DNA of 64,000 nucleotides from Candidatus Heimdallarchaeota archaeon. GTDB taxonomy: Archaea > Asgardarchaeota > Heimdallarchaeia > Heimdallarchaeales > Heimdallarchaeaceae. The stretch covers positions 64,001 through 128,000 of the forward strand of contig DXJF01000011.1 of assembly GCA_019057375.1 (NCBI GenBank), given 5' to 3'. A program made the translations under genes and the position numbers. Position 1 is the first letter of the stretch. Every line of letters starts with the position of its first letter. Positions 42,480 through 51,758 of the stretch are shown one piece after another. The notes below the pieces were generated by a model that was not told the origin of the DNA, searched no databases, and saw only the letters and a program-made list of their open reading frames with translations.

Positions 42480-43408
42480 TTTCTTACCTCTTGTAATATC
42501 TGCTTATCTGTTAATGCTTCCACAAGTTCCATATTCTGAGAGCCATCCCTATTCTCTCTCTCGCCAAGAAGGTTCTTTGCAATTTGAGCGATTACTCTTT
42601 TCTTTGGATCTTTATCTTTGGAGAGTTCTTTCACTCTTTTCATTAATTCTTGGTATCTTATATCGTTAATAACTGGATTAGATGTAACATTCTGAATTGA
42701 GCTAGTATCTATTACTAGACCTGGTCCATTAACGAAATTAAGCGGATAGATTCCTTCGTGATGGGGTGTTTTTCTAGATTTAACAACCTTACAAGTTCTG
42801 TTGTATTTTCCCCCCAAACCTAGATTTTGTATGTGAATAACACTATCAGATAAGTAAATAGGTACTCTTGTTTCTTTGGCACCAATATCTGTTTGGCCAA
42901 AAGCATTAGGTTCTTCAACAGTTTGCAATACTGTACCTAGAGAGCTCAAATGGTGATAAATTTTAGTTAGAACCTTTCGTTGCTCTTTCTCTGAAGGAAA
43001 TTCCCACAATATTGGAGTAAGTGGATCTAAAATGATTCTTGTGTGTTTAACATTTCGATGTTTCAATTTTTGTGCTAAGGCTGGGAGTATATTTGTCATA
43101 AACTCTACAATCTTCTCACTTTCAACTAAATGAATTAGGTCTTCAGCATCATTTGTCATTTCATTAATGTTAATTCCCAAAGATTCGGCTTCCCCAATCA
43201 ATTTTGATGGGGTTTCTTCAAAGGACAAATAAAGGGTATGATCTTCTTCTAAAAGTCCTTGATATAAGTAAGCTAAGGCAACAGTAGTTTTTCCTGTTCC
43301 ACTACTACCTACTATGGAATTAATAGAATTCTTGATTATTCCACCATTCATTAGAACATCAAGACCTTCTATCCCCGAAGATATTCTTTCGTGGTTTATC
43401 ATAGACAT
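42476..43408 (-). CDS. KaiC/RAD55-like RecA-superfamily ATPase
   Basis: SSGIEGLD, GSSGTGKTT, SFEE, KSRKTPH. Confidence 0.85.
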   Translation of the reverse strand: MSMINHERISSGIEGLDVLMNGGIIKNSINSIVGSSGTGKTTVALAYLYQGLLEEDHTLYLSFEETPSKLIGEAESLGININEMTNDAEDLIHLVESEKIVEFMTNILPALAQKLKHRNVKHTRIILDPLTPILWEFPSEKEQRKVLTKIYHHLSSLGTVLQTVEEPNAFGQTDIGAKETRVPIYLSDSVIHIQNLGLGGKYNRTCKVVKSRKTPHHEGIYPLNFVNGPGLVIDTSSIQNVTSNPVINDIRYQELMKRVKELSKDKDPKKRVIAQIAKNLLGERENRDGSQNMELVEALTDKQILQEVRK

Positions 43409-43564
43409 CTATAGTTATACACTAACAACCTAAATAAACTCCACAATTTCTAATTGGGAGTAAATTATTATATCAATCGCTCTAAGCTTTAATTAGTTTA
43501 ATATGCGAATGAACACAAAGAGTAACATTTTAGAAAAGAAACAAAATTATCATTCTAGAGTATA

Positions 43565-44323
43565 ATGAGTTCATTTTTACAAAAGATAAAAGATCTATTT
43601 GCTTCTGAGGAAAAAAAATTCACCAAAACACTATTAGAAGAGTTAGAAACAACAAACTTCATCAATATAAGAAAGATTCAATCAAACCTTTCTTTGGAAA
43701 AACGCTATGTAGCGATTAGTAACTTACTTTCAAACAGAAAAATGGCAGGTATTTTTCTTCCGGAGAAATTTCACTTCTTTTCCATTTCAGATGAGGAATT
43801 ATCGGAAATCAGGAATTCACTTAAAAAACAAGGGGTTGTAGAAATGTCCTTAATCAAGAATCGCTGGACTGTAACAGAAAAAACCTTACTTCCACTGTTG
43901 AATCATCTAGAAAAAGGAATTATTGGTGATAAGAAATATTTCACAATTACTTATCTTCAAAATGCTATAAGTTCCTCCTTAACAAATGTCCCAGAATATG
44001 AGATTCAGAAGTTTGAGAAAAAATTTGGGATAGAAGTGGACACTTTTGCTCAGATTATTATTAGTATGATTAAAGATGAAATACTTAAAGGTGTATTAAG
44101 AAATAATTTGGTATTTTTAAGTTCAGAAACCTTTGAAAATATTGTTACTGAGTTTCTAGAGGATAAATTGGATAGTGAAAAAGAACTATCTTTTGATGAA
44201 ATCTCCTCTGAACTAGAAGTACCTTCAACGAATATTGAACCTTTTCTTGTAAGTTATGTTAATAAAAATCCAGCTAGTTTAGTTATTTATCCGTTGGAGA
44301 AAAAGATAATCTTCAAGGGATAA
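43565..44323 (+). CDS. tandem winged-helix protein, UFL1 N-terminal-like
   Basis: KKYFTITYL..I...EIQKFEKKFGIE pattern resembles UFL1 wHTH repeats; weak recognition. Confidence 0.45.
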   Translation: MSSFLQKIKDLFASEEKKFTKTLLEELETTNFINIRKIQSNLSLEKRYVAISNLLSNRKMAGIFLPEKFHFFSISDEELSEIRNSLKKQGVVEMSLIKNRWTVTEKTLLPLLNHLEKGIIGDKKYFTITYLQNAISSSLTNVPEYEIQKFEKKFGIEVDTFAQIIISMIKDEILKGVLRNNLVFLSSETFENIVTEFLEDKLDSEKELSFDEISSELEVPSTNIEPFLVSYVNKNPASLVIYPLEKKIIFKG

Positions 44324-44414
44324 TTAATACAATTAAAGAAACTTAAGGAATTTCTTTACTCTTATATGTCGAAATCTTTAAAATAGTATGTTGTAACCCG
44401 AACTTTAGATAAGA

Positions 44415-44840
44415 ATGGCTAGAAGATTACCGTGGTTACTACCTGGAATTCGCAGACCTAATTTCAATCTACATCAAATATCAATTCGTATGCCAAAACG
44501 AATTCCCAGAAGTTTAATTTACGTTCTCATATATGGGATTGTATTCTATATCTTTGGTGGTGGAGCATATATGGTTGTAAATCAGGATGTTCTGATAAGT
44601 ATAGGTCAATTTGGTAATAGCCCTCTTTTCATCGCACGTTCATTACATACACAATATCTAATTGAAGGATTGGTTATAGGATTTATATTGGTTTTCGGAG
44701 CAGTAAGTCTATATTTGCTTGATTATGCAACAAAATTTGCTTTTGATGTTGGAACTGCTCAAAAAGTTGAGCTGATTGGAACAGTCTTAGTAATTGTATG
44801 GTACATTGCTGTGTTATTGATTTTTAGAGCTAAATTATAA
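44415..44840 (+). CDS. OST3/OST6-like oligosaccharyltransferase subunit (TM part)
   Basis: 3 TM helices; FIARSLHTQYLIEG motif. Confidence 0.65.
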   Translation: MARRLPWLLPGIRRPNFNLHQISIRMPKRIPRSLIYVLIYGIVFYIFGGGAYMVVNQDVLISIGQFGNSPLFIARSLHTQYLIEGLVIGFILVFGAVSLYLLDYATKFAFDVGTAQKVELIGTVLVIVWYIAVLLIFRAKL

Positions 44841-44845
44841 GTAGA

Positions 44846-45484
44846 TTAATACCTACTTTTGATTGTTTCAATACCATTATTAGTTATTTTATAAAAAATT
44901 TCCTCTTTTTCTTGCTGTGCTTTCCACAGTGTTTTATTAACATGTCTTAGATTAATTATTCTGTCTGAATAATTCATTATAGCTGAATTTGCTACAGGTC
45001 TAATAATTCTCTTATCCTTTTCTCTGAAAGCTGTGACTTGATTTGTTATTAAAACAGGAACCTGGTATTCTTTGCTAATCATGTTTAGGTATGCCATTTG
45101 CAATGTTAGTAGTTTATATAAACTCATTTCATTGATATCTGAGCTTCTAAATCTAAAATGATCCGTTATCCCATTAATGGCCATGAATGCGTAATCTGTG
45201 TTTGAAATAAAATTATGAACTTTCATCAATGTTTTAATTTGTTGACTCTTGTTAAATAAGCTAATAACGGTGATATTTTTTAGTTCCACCTTGTAATTCA
45301 GATTAACTTCCATTAATCTCTGTGCACTAAAATTTATCTCACAATCAAAAAATAGAGCTTTCTTCCCTTTTAGACCTCTACATGTATGATAAATTAATGT
45401 TGTTTTTCCTGAATTTGGAGGACCCGCTATATGAGTTATACCTTGAGGAATTGTTCCGTATTCCAGTAAATCTCGAAACGCCAA
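44846..45484 (-). CDS. radB: RadB-like RecA/Rad51 paralog
   Basis: ITHIAGPPNSGKTT, VLITNQV; lacks the RadA N-terminal domain. Confidence 0.7.
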   Translation of the reverse strand: MAFRDLLEYGTIPQGITHIAGPPNSGKTTLIYHTCRGLKGKKALFFDCEINFSAQRLMEVNLNYKVELKNITVISLFNKSQQIKTLMKVHNFISNTDYAFMAINGITDHFRFRSSDINEMSLYKLLTLQMAYLNMISKEYQVPVLITNQVTAFREKDKRIIRPVANSAIMNYSDRIINLRHVNKTLWKAQQEKEEIFYKITNNGIETIKSRY

Positions 45485-45567
45485 ATCTAATCACTGATAT
45501 TAGAGAATATCAATTTACTTTAATTTCATTATATATTAAAGCTTTGAAAAAAAGATAATTTTCTTAT

Positions 45568-45792
45568 CTAAATCAGTAATAGGTAAATTATCAAGGAGAA
45601 AATAATAATTCCGATACCTTTTCCAATTTTGTTTAAGTTATAACCTAGATTCCTTTGAATTAATCCCTTACTTGTTTTTTCAGTTGTAATCATTAAACCG
45701 ATCCAAATTCCTGTTTTAGAGGCATAAAGAAGAATCAATAGAACCACATCGAGAATATATTGAAGGGTTACTTCTCCAATTTCTGCTGCCAT
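45568..45792 (-). CDS. small membrane protein, hypothetical
   Basis: 74 aa, two hydrophobic segments. Confidence 0.5.
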   Translation of the reverse strand: MAAEIGEVTLQYILDVVLLILLYASKTGIWIGLMITTEKTSKGLIQRNLGYNLNKIGKGIGIIIFSLIIYLLLI

Positions 45793-45863
45793 TTCTTCTC
45801 AAATATTAAAACATAGTTTAAGTTAAATACTCCACGAAAATCAAGGAAAGATTTTTTCTGTTA

Positions 45864-46646
45864 CTACCTTTGAATCTTTAGCATTTCAGGCATCATACTT
45901 TTGTGTTTATTATTTTTTATTAATCTCTTTATTCTATCTACTTGATTTTTCTTTAATCCAATTGTTTTAATTAACTCCTTTTCACTCAATCCATTTTCTA
46001 AACCAAGGAGTAATAGATCTAGCTTTTTATAAGAAATCCCTATTTCTTCCTCATCGGTTTGCTTAACCCAAAGCCCTGCAGTTGGAGGTTTTGTTATGAT
46101 TTTTGGATTCACATTAAGTTTTTCAGCTATTCTATACAATTCTGTTTTGTAAATGTCTCCTACAGGCCATATATCTGCAGCTAAATCGCCGAATTTAGTT
46201 CCATAGCCTATTAAAATCTCGGATTTATTTGACGTTCCTATTACTAATTTGTTTTCAAGATTAGATATTGTGTAAAGGTTAACTCCTCTTAATCGAGCTT
46301 TCAAATTTCCTTTGGCTAACCGATTCTCTTTCAATTCTGAATGTACTGTTATCATTTCCTTTACCAAAGATGAAATATCAATGATTTGGAGAGGAATGTC
46401 TAATTGTTTAGCTGTTAATTGAGCATCTTGAGTATGAATTGGATCGAGTTCTTTTTCAGGTAAATGAATAAGTGATATCTTTTCTTTACCAATAGTAAGG
46501 GCTGTTAAGTGTGCAATAACTGCAGAATCAATTCCACCACTGAGACCAATTACTGCCCCTTTTGTTTTTGAAATTTCAATTTTTTGCCTTATAAACTTTT
46601 TAATTTCTTCAATTATGACGTTTTCATCTTTAAGGAAACCTTTCAT
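45864..46646 (-). CDS. nadE: NH3-dependent NAD+ synthetase
   Basis: GLSGGIDS, NLKARLR, GTSNKSE, KPPTAGLW. Confidence 0.95.
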   Translation of the reverse strand: MKGFLKDENVIIEEIKKFIRQKIEISKTKGAVIGLSGGIDSAVIAHLTALTIGKEKISLIHLPEKELDPIHTQDAQLTAKQLDIPLQIIDISSLVKEMITVHSELKENRLAKGNLKARLRGVNLYTISNLENKLVIGTSNKSEILIGYGTKFGDLAADIWPVGDIYKTELYRIAEKLNVNPKIITKPPTAGLWVKQTDEEEIGISYKKLDLLLLGLENGLSEKELIKTIGLKKNQVDRIKRLIKNNKHKSMMPEMLKIQR

Positions 46647-46718
46647 TTAACTCATAATATCTAAATAATTGAGCTTAATAATTCTTTCAATACGAATATA
46701 TGAATACAAAACAGTCTA

Positions 46719-46794
46719 TGGAGCCCCGAAGGGGGTTTGAACCCCTGACCTTTACCTTACCAAGGTAACGCTCTACCAGCTGAGCTATCGAGGC
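46719..46794 (-). tRNA. tRNA-Thr(GGT), CCA encoded
   Basis: Cloverleaf GCCTCGA...TTACC-TTGGTAA-GGTAA...TTCAAAC...TCGGGGC-T-CCA. Confidence 0.95.
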
Positions 46795-46992
46795 AAATTC
46801 AATAAAATCCTTTTTATATAATTTTTAAAGATTCTGATTCAATGTTATAATTATAAGAAAAAACCCTATAAATTTTCCATACTCTTTCAACAAATCCTCT
46901 ATTTTCGAAATTAGAAATAAAAATCCACAAAGGGCGAAAAGTCTAAATATACTTTCTTTAATTTCCTAACAAATTACTTAATAAGGGATAAT

Positions 46993-48090
46993 ATGAAAAA
47001 TCGCACTTTAGCATTCTTATTGCTCTGCTTGGTAACAGTAACGAATGTACCCTACGTATATGATATTTCTGGTCAACAGGCACTGAATTATGTAATTCTT
47101 TTTGATGAATCACATGGACAAGTTTTCAATAGGACTTTTATGGACACTGCTTTAAGCTCCCTTACTAATATTACAATTGAAGATCCTGACACTGAGCTTG
47201 TAATTAAACTTTTATTCCAGACTGAATCAAGATTTAATTCTACAAACCTTCAAGGTGTAAATCTGCTCATTTTTACAAACCCTGGACTTGGAGACGATGA
47301 TGGCTTAGACCAAACAGAGAAAGATGCAATCCTTGATTACGTAGAACTTGGTGGATCTTTATTTCTACTTTGCAATCCATTGACTCAACAGGATAATATA
47401 ACAGGTCATCCTACCACAATGAATGAATTACTAAATGAGAGAGACAATTGGTTAACATCTGCAAGATTCATGTTTGGAGCAAACCAGTCACTTTCTAGAG
47501 TAATTGTAGATGATTTCAATAGTACATATGGAAATACAACTCATGTAACATTTAATGAGTATAATTCAACAAGGACAATTTTCAATGAAAACATAGATTT
47601 TTTCTGGCAGGAAACAAAAATTGACAATGTTACAATTTACTCAGACTCTATTTCATTAGGAAATGAAAGACTGGAGGACGAGTCATTGGAAAAAATAGTT
47701 CAAGTTGGAAGAACACCCATTACATCATACGCAATTAATGAAGAATATGATATATTTAGAGATCCAACCAAGGGTTTCCTTACTTGGCTTTTTGCAAAAA
47801 AAACCAGAAGCACCAGATTAGTCATGTCAGGTTCAACAATAATGTTCAGTGACTTAGAGATTGCAGAAAATTCAACTTGGATTGAACAGAATCAGAATCT
47901 CGAACTATGGAACAATCTCATTCTCTGGCTCCTGAAATATACCCCTCATCCAGAAAGAGATCCTCCTGCAATATGGGTTTTCGAGAATTATGCTTTGCTT
48001 GTTTTTGCTCTTTCTGCTGTAATTTTTGGCATTTCAATTTTTGTTTTCAAATATAGAAATAAAAGAAGAACCACTGTTAAAATCAAGTGA
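46993..48090 (+). CDS. secreted DUF4350/GIFT-like domain protein with C-terminal TM anchor
   Basis: Signal peptide; ILFDESHGQ; YVELGGSLFL; C-terminal TM plus basic tail. Confidence 0.6.
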   Translation: MKNRTLAFLLLCLVTVTNVPYVYDISGQQALNYVILFDESHGQVFNRTFMDTALSSLTNITIEDPDTELVIKLLFQTESRFNSTNLQGVNLLIFTNPGLGDDDGLDQTEKDAILDYVELGGSLFLLCNPLTQQDNITGHPTTMNELLNERDNWLTSARFMFGANQSLSRVIVDDFNSTYGNTTHVTFNEYNSTRTIFNENIDFFWQETKIDNVTIYSDSISLGNERLEDESLEKIVQVGRTPITSYAINEEYDIFRDPTKGFLTWLFAKKTRSTRLVMSGSTIMFSDLEIAENSTWIEQNQNLELWNNLILWLLKYTPHPERDPPAIWVFENYALLVFALSAVIFGISIFVFKYRNKRRTTVKIK

Positions 48091-48169
48091 TTACAAAGTT
48101 CTCTTCATATTTTTTGTTTTTTCTCTTTTACAAAAAGTGGTGTATAAATATTCAAATTTCTTTATTTTT

Positions 48170-49435
48170 ATGATGAATGTTCAGAGAACGCATGATGCTA
48201 GTACGGAAGTTCTTAGGTTGCTAAAATCATTATTTAATGGTGAAATAGATATAGTTGACTTTAGATTTGAAATTAGTGAATATTCCCAAACTATGGCTAA
48301 GAATCTTTTCAGAGACAGCTTCCCTAGATTTAATCAGAATTTGAGAGATAAGCTTACTAATATTTTCCTAAGATATTGTTATAATGAAAAAAATGTTCAA
48401 ATGAATGAATTTTGGAAGTTTACTAGTTATAAAGATTTTTGGATTGAAATAAAGAACTTTCATGATTGTATATATTCAAGAAGAATGAATTTAAGTGAGG
48501 TCGTTCAATTTTTTGAGATAAATCTATTAACAAATAAGAGAAAAGTAAAACTAGACTTTGTGGAAAGAAAAGTAATAGAAAAACTTGATAAAAACCCCAA
48601 TATTCTCAATAAGGATTTGGCAAACGAGCTGAATATTTCAGAGAAAAGAATAAGTAATGTAATTAATTCCCTGAAATCAAGAGGAGTTTTTCTTGGTTGT
48701 TTTGCCGATTATTCTCAAATAGATGCTTATGAATTCTTTGGTTTCACTGAAATTGAGAATTCTAGTAATGAGCTTAAATTCTTAGATAAAATAATTTTGT
48801 TTCCAGATTTCAAACTCTTTCATGGTTTATCTTTTCAAGAAATTAAACAGCCTTACATCTATCAAGTTGTAAATAAAAAAATAGTTTGTAACACAGAAGT
48901 GTTGAACCGTGGTCTTTCGTTTCAGGATTGGATTTCTATAAATAGCTCTAAGAAAACTTCGAAAAGCTTGGATCAAGAGAAAGATTCCGATGATTTTTAT
49001 GTTCCTACATCAAGTAAAAATCACGTGCTACAACTCATGAAGAACTGTGAAACAGATTTTAGAAGACCAAATATTAAAAAAATAGCAGAAGAAAACAATG
49101 TTTCCATTAGAACATTATTTAGAATTAAATCTAAACTTAAAGATAGAGGATTAATCCAACCCCAAATCATTGTGGAAAATGATGAATTGATGACTTTAGT
49201 AATTATCTCCTCAAAAGAACTTCTTGAGTTTTACAACAAAGTACCATTTGTTAAATCATATGAAGTCCAAAACATGGAAACCAATAGTAAATGGTTTTCT
49301 TTCATATCTATTTTTGCTAGTGATTTTACCCTTATTTATTCAAAACTTAAGAATCACTCAGAGATTTTCCTAGTTGTAGGAAAAAAAGCAGTAAATTTAA
49401 TATCACAATCCAATCAAAAGATTTATACAAATTAA
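48170..49435 (+). CDS. protein with two Lrp/AsnC-like HTH domains (probable regulator); start uncertain
   Basis: ILNKDLANELNISEKRISNVINSLKSRG and NIKKIAEENNVSIRTLFRIKSKLKDRG. Confidence 0.6.
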   Translation: MMNVQRTHDASTEVLRLLKSLFNGEIDIVDFRFEISEYSQTMAKNLFRDSFPRFNQNLRDKLTNIFLRYCYNEKNVQMNEFWKFTSYKDFWIEIKNFHDCIYSRRMNLSEVVQFFEINLLTNKRKVKLDFVERKVIEKLDKNPNILNKDLANELNISEKRISNVINSLKSRGVFLGCFADYSQIDAYEFFGFTEIENSSNELKFLDKIILFPDFKLFHGLSFQEIKQPYIYQVVNKKIVCNTEVLNRGLSFQDWISINSSKKTSKSLDQEKDSDDFYVPTSSKNHVLQLMKNCETDFRRPNIKKIAEENNVSIRTLFRIKSKLKDRGLIQPQIIVENDELMTLVIISSKELLEFYNKVPFVKSYEVQNMETNSKWFSFISIFASDFTLIYSKLKNHSEIFLVVGKKAVNLISQSNQKIYTN

Positions 49436-49452
49436 ATAAGGAAGTTTGTTGC

Positions 49453-51573
49453 ATGTCAAGTCAACGCTCATTAAAGGAAATAGTTGATATAATTTCAACT
49501 GAAACAGGTATGGGAAAAGAAGAGATTCATCAACTTATCAATGATAAGATGGAAGAACTAGGGGAGTTTGTGACACAGCTTGGGGCTGTTCATATTGTAG
49601 CAAGGGAAATGGGTGTTGACCTATCTTCAGAACCCCCAATTCAAGTACAAACCACTTTAAGTATCAATCAATTAGTTCCAGAAATAACCAATGTCAATCT
49701 ATTAGGTCGTATTTATAGAATTTACAACCAACATAATTTCAAGAAAAAAGATGGTTCCGATGGAGTTTTGCAATCGGTTCTCATTGAGGATAAAACTGGT
49801 AAAATTCGTGTTGTGTTTTGGGATCAGAAAGTAGTTGAGTTACAAGACACTAACTGCAAAGTAGGAGATCCAATAAGAATTTTAAATAGCTATACAAGAG
49901 CAGGGCGAGATGAATCTGTAGAGGTACACTTAGGAATAAGGAGCCAAATTCAAATTAGACCCTCAGGTATTGATGATTCTGAATTACCTGTATTTGAATC
50001 TGTATTTTCCAAAATTAAGAATATTAGAGGAAATGAGATTGATCTTTCCTTAATTGGTAAGATAACTCAAAAAGATGATATCCTTGAATTTGAAAGGTCT
50101 GATGGTTCAAAAGGTAATAAACAAGGTTTAGTCCTTGGTGATGAAACCGGAGAGATTTATGTTAATTTTTGGAATGAAAAAGCTGATGATGTTCAAGATA
50201 TCGGTTTAGGAGATATTATTGAAGTTGTGGGGTTAGCTGCAAAAGTAGGACTAAAGGGACATCTAGAATTACATTCAAGCAAATACACAAATATTGTTAA
50301 GAGGGACAATTTGGCTGACATAATTGTGAAAAAAGGTTTTGTTGGCTCAGGAACAGATATTGGTGCTCAATTATTACTGATAGATCAGATTACTGAGTTA
50401 AATTCTCTTATATCAACAAAAGGTTTGATAATTAATGTAAATCCCTTACATGAATTTTCTAGAGAAAATGGATCCCAAGGTAAAGTAAGAGACGTTACAA
50501 TTTCTGATAGTACAGGGATTATTCGTGTTGTTTTATGGGATGATAAAACTCAATTAGTAAATGAAAATGACATAAACAAAATTATTCCTATAATTAATGG
50601 TTTTACAAGAAAAGGAAAATATTCAGACATTGAGATTCATTGTGGAAATCAAACACGAGTAGATGTTGAGAGCATAGATCCTAATTCAATTAGCCAATAC
50701 CAGTTAGATTTTACAAACATTAAAGATGTCACTGACGAAATGAAGGAAGCACACATACAAGGTATTGTAAGTGATTTAAGTCCAATTCAAGATATAAAAA
50801 CCAAAGAAGATGAAATCATTCAACTAAGAAACTTAAGAGTTGAAGATCAATCAGGTACCATTCGCATTACTTGTTGGCGTGAAAATGTAATTAAGATCTC
50901 TGAAGTAAGTATTGGTGATAGTATTGAAATTTATAATGCGGGTGTTAAAGAAGACGCTGGTTATGGCACTGAATTATTAATTAATAAAAATTCAATTGTA
51001 AGAAAATCATTAAATAATTCTTCTGATCCTCAAGGTTTTGTATCTAGCTTAAAGGTTTCTCCACTTAAAATTGACTTGGAAAAAATTAAAGATATAGAGG
51101 ATATTGAAGAAGGAGATGAAGTTTCTATTCAAGCAACTGTAGTGAAACTCATAGAGAAACAATTTGTTTATCCATTATGTCCTGAATGTAAAAAGAAGAT
51201 GAAAAAGGAAAATGGCAATTACAATTGTGCAGTGCATGGAGATACTGATAAGCCATTAAATCGTATTCTTTTTACTTTCGTTGCTAATGATGGAACAGGA
51301 AACATCAATGTACTATGCGCAGGTAAATTGGCTGAAATTGTCTTAGAAATGTCTGCTGACTCTGCAGCAAGAATGGTGGAGGAAAATGAATCAGAAAAAG
51401 CTCCTTATTCCTTTTTAAAAGCTAAGAGTTTTGTTAATTCAGAATTGATAATAAGTGGCAAAGTAAATCAAAATCTTTATCTCAAAAGCTTAGAATTAAT
51501 TGCAAACTCAATAGAGAAGGTTAGATATGCTGAAACAACCAAAAACATGGTAAAGCAGATTTATACTGAATAA
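49453..51573 (+). CDS. rpa: replication protein A, multi-OB-fold with C-terminal Zn finger
   Basis: Repeated D.TG.IRVV.W OB motifs; YPLCPECKKK...CAVHG. Confidence 0.88.
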   Translation: MSSQRSLKEIVDIISTETGMGKEEIHQLINDKMEELGEFVTQLGAVHIVAREMGVDLSSEPPIQVQTTLSINQLVPEITNVNLLGRIYRIYNQHNFKKKDGSDGVLQSVLIEDKTGKIRVVFWDQKVVELQDTNCKVGDPIRILNSYTRAGRDESVEVHLGIRSQIQIRPSGIDDSELPVFESVFSKIKNIRGNEIDLSLIGKITQKDDILEFERSDGSKGNKQGLVLGDETGEIYVNFWNEKADDVQDIGLGDIIEVVGLAAKVGLKGHLELHSSKYTNIVKRDNLADIIVKKGFVGSGTDIGAQLLLIDQITELNSLISTKGLIINVNPLHEFSRENGSQGKVRDVTISDSTGIIRVVLWDDKTQLVNENDINKIIPIINGFTRKGKYSDIEIHCGNQTRVDVESIDPNSISQYQLDFTNIKDVTDEMKEAHIQGIVSDLSPIQDIKTKEDEIIQLRNLRVEDQSGTIRITCWRENVIKISEVSIGDSIEIYNAGVKEDAGYGTELLINKNSIVRKSLNNSSDPQGFVSSLKVSPLKIDLEKIKDIEDIEEGDEVSIQATVVKLIEKQFVYPLCPECKKKMKKENGNYNCAVHGDTDKPLNRILFTFVANDGTGNINVLCAGKLAEIVLEMSADSAARMVEENESEKAPYSFLKAKSFVNSELIISGKVNQNLYLKSLELIANSIEKVRYAETTKNMVKQIYTE

Positions 51574-51758
51574 AGATACTTATTTTTTTTGCAATTGGTC
51601 GAAAAGCTTATTAATAAACAAAATGCAGCTTCAACCGGTTAGTATGGATTTCACTATAATAAAAACCGTGATAATTATTGTAATTATATTTGCCGTCATT
51701 TTTGCACTGTTTTACCATGCATTTAGTGTAGGAAAAGAGGAAGAAACAATTTAGATGC

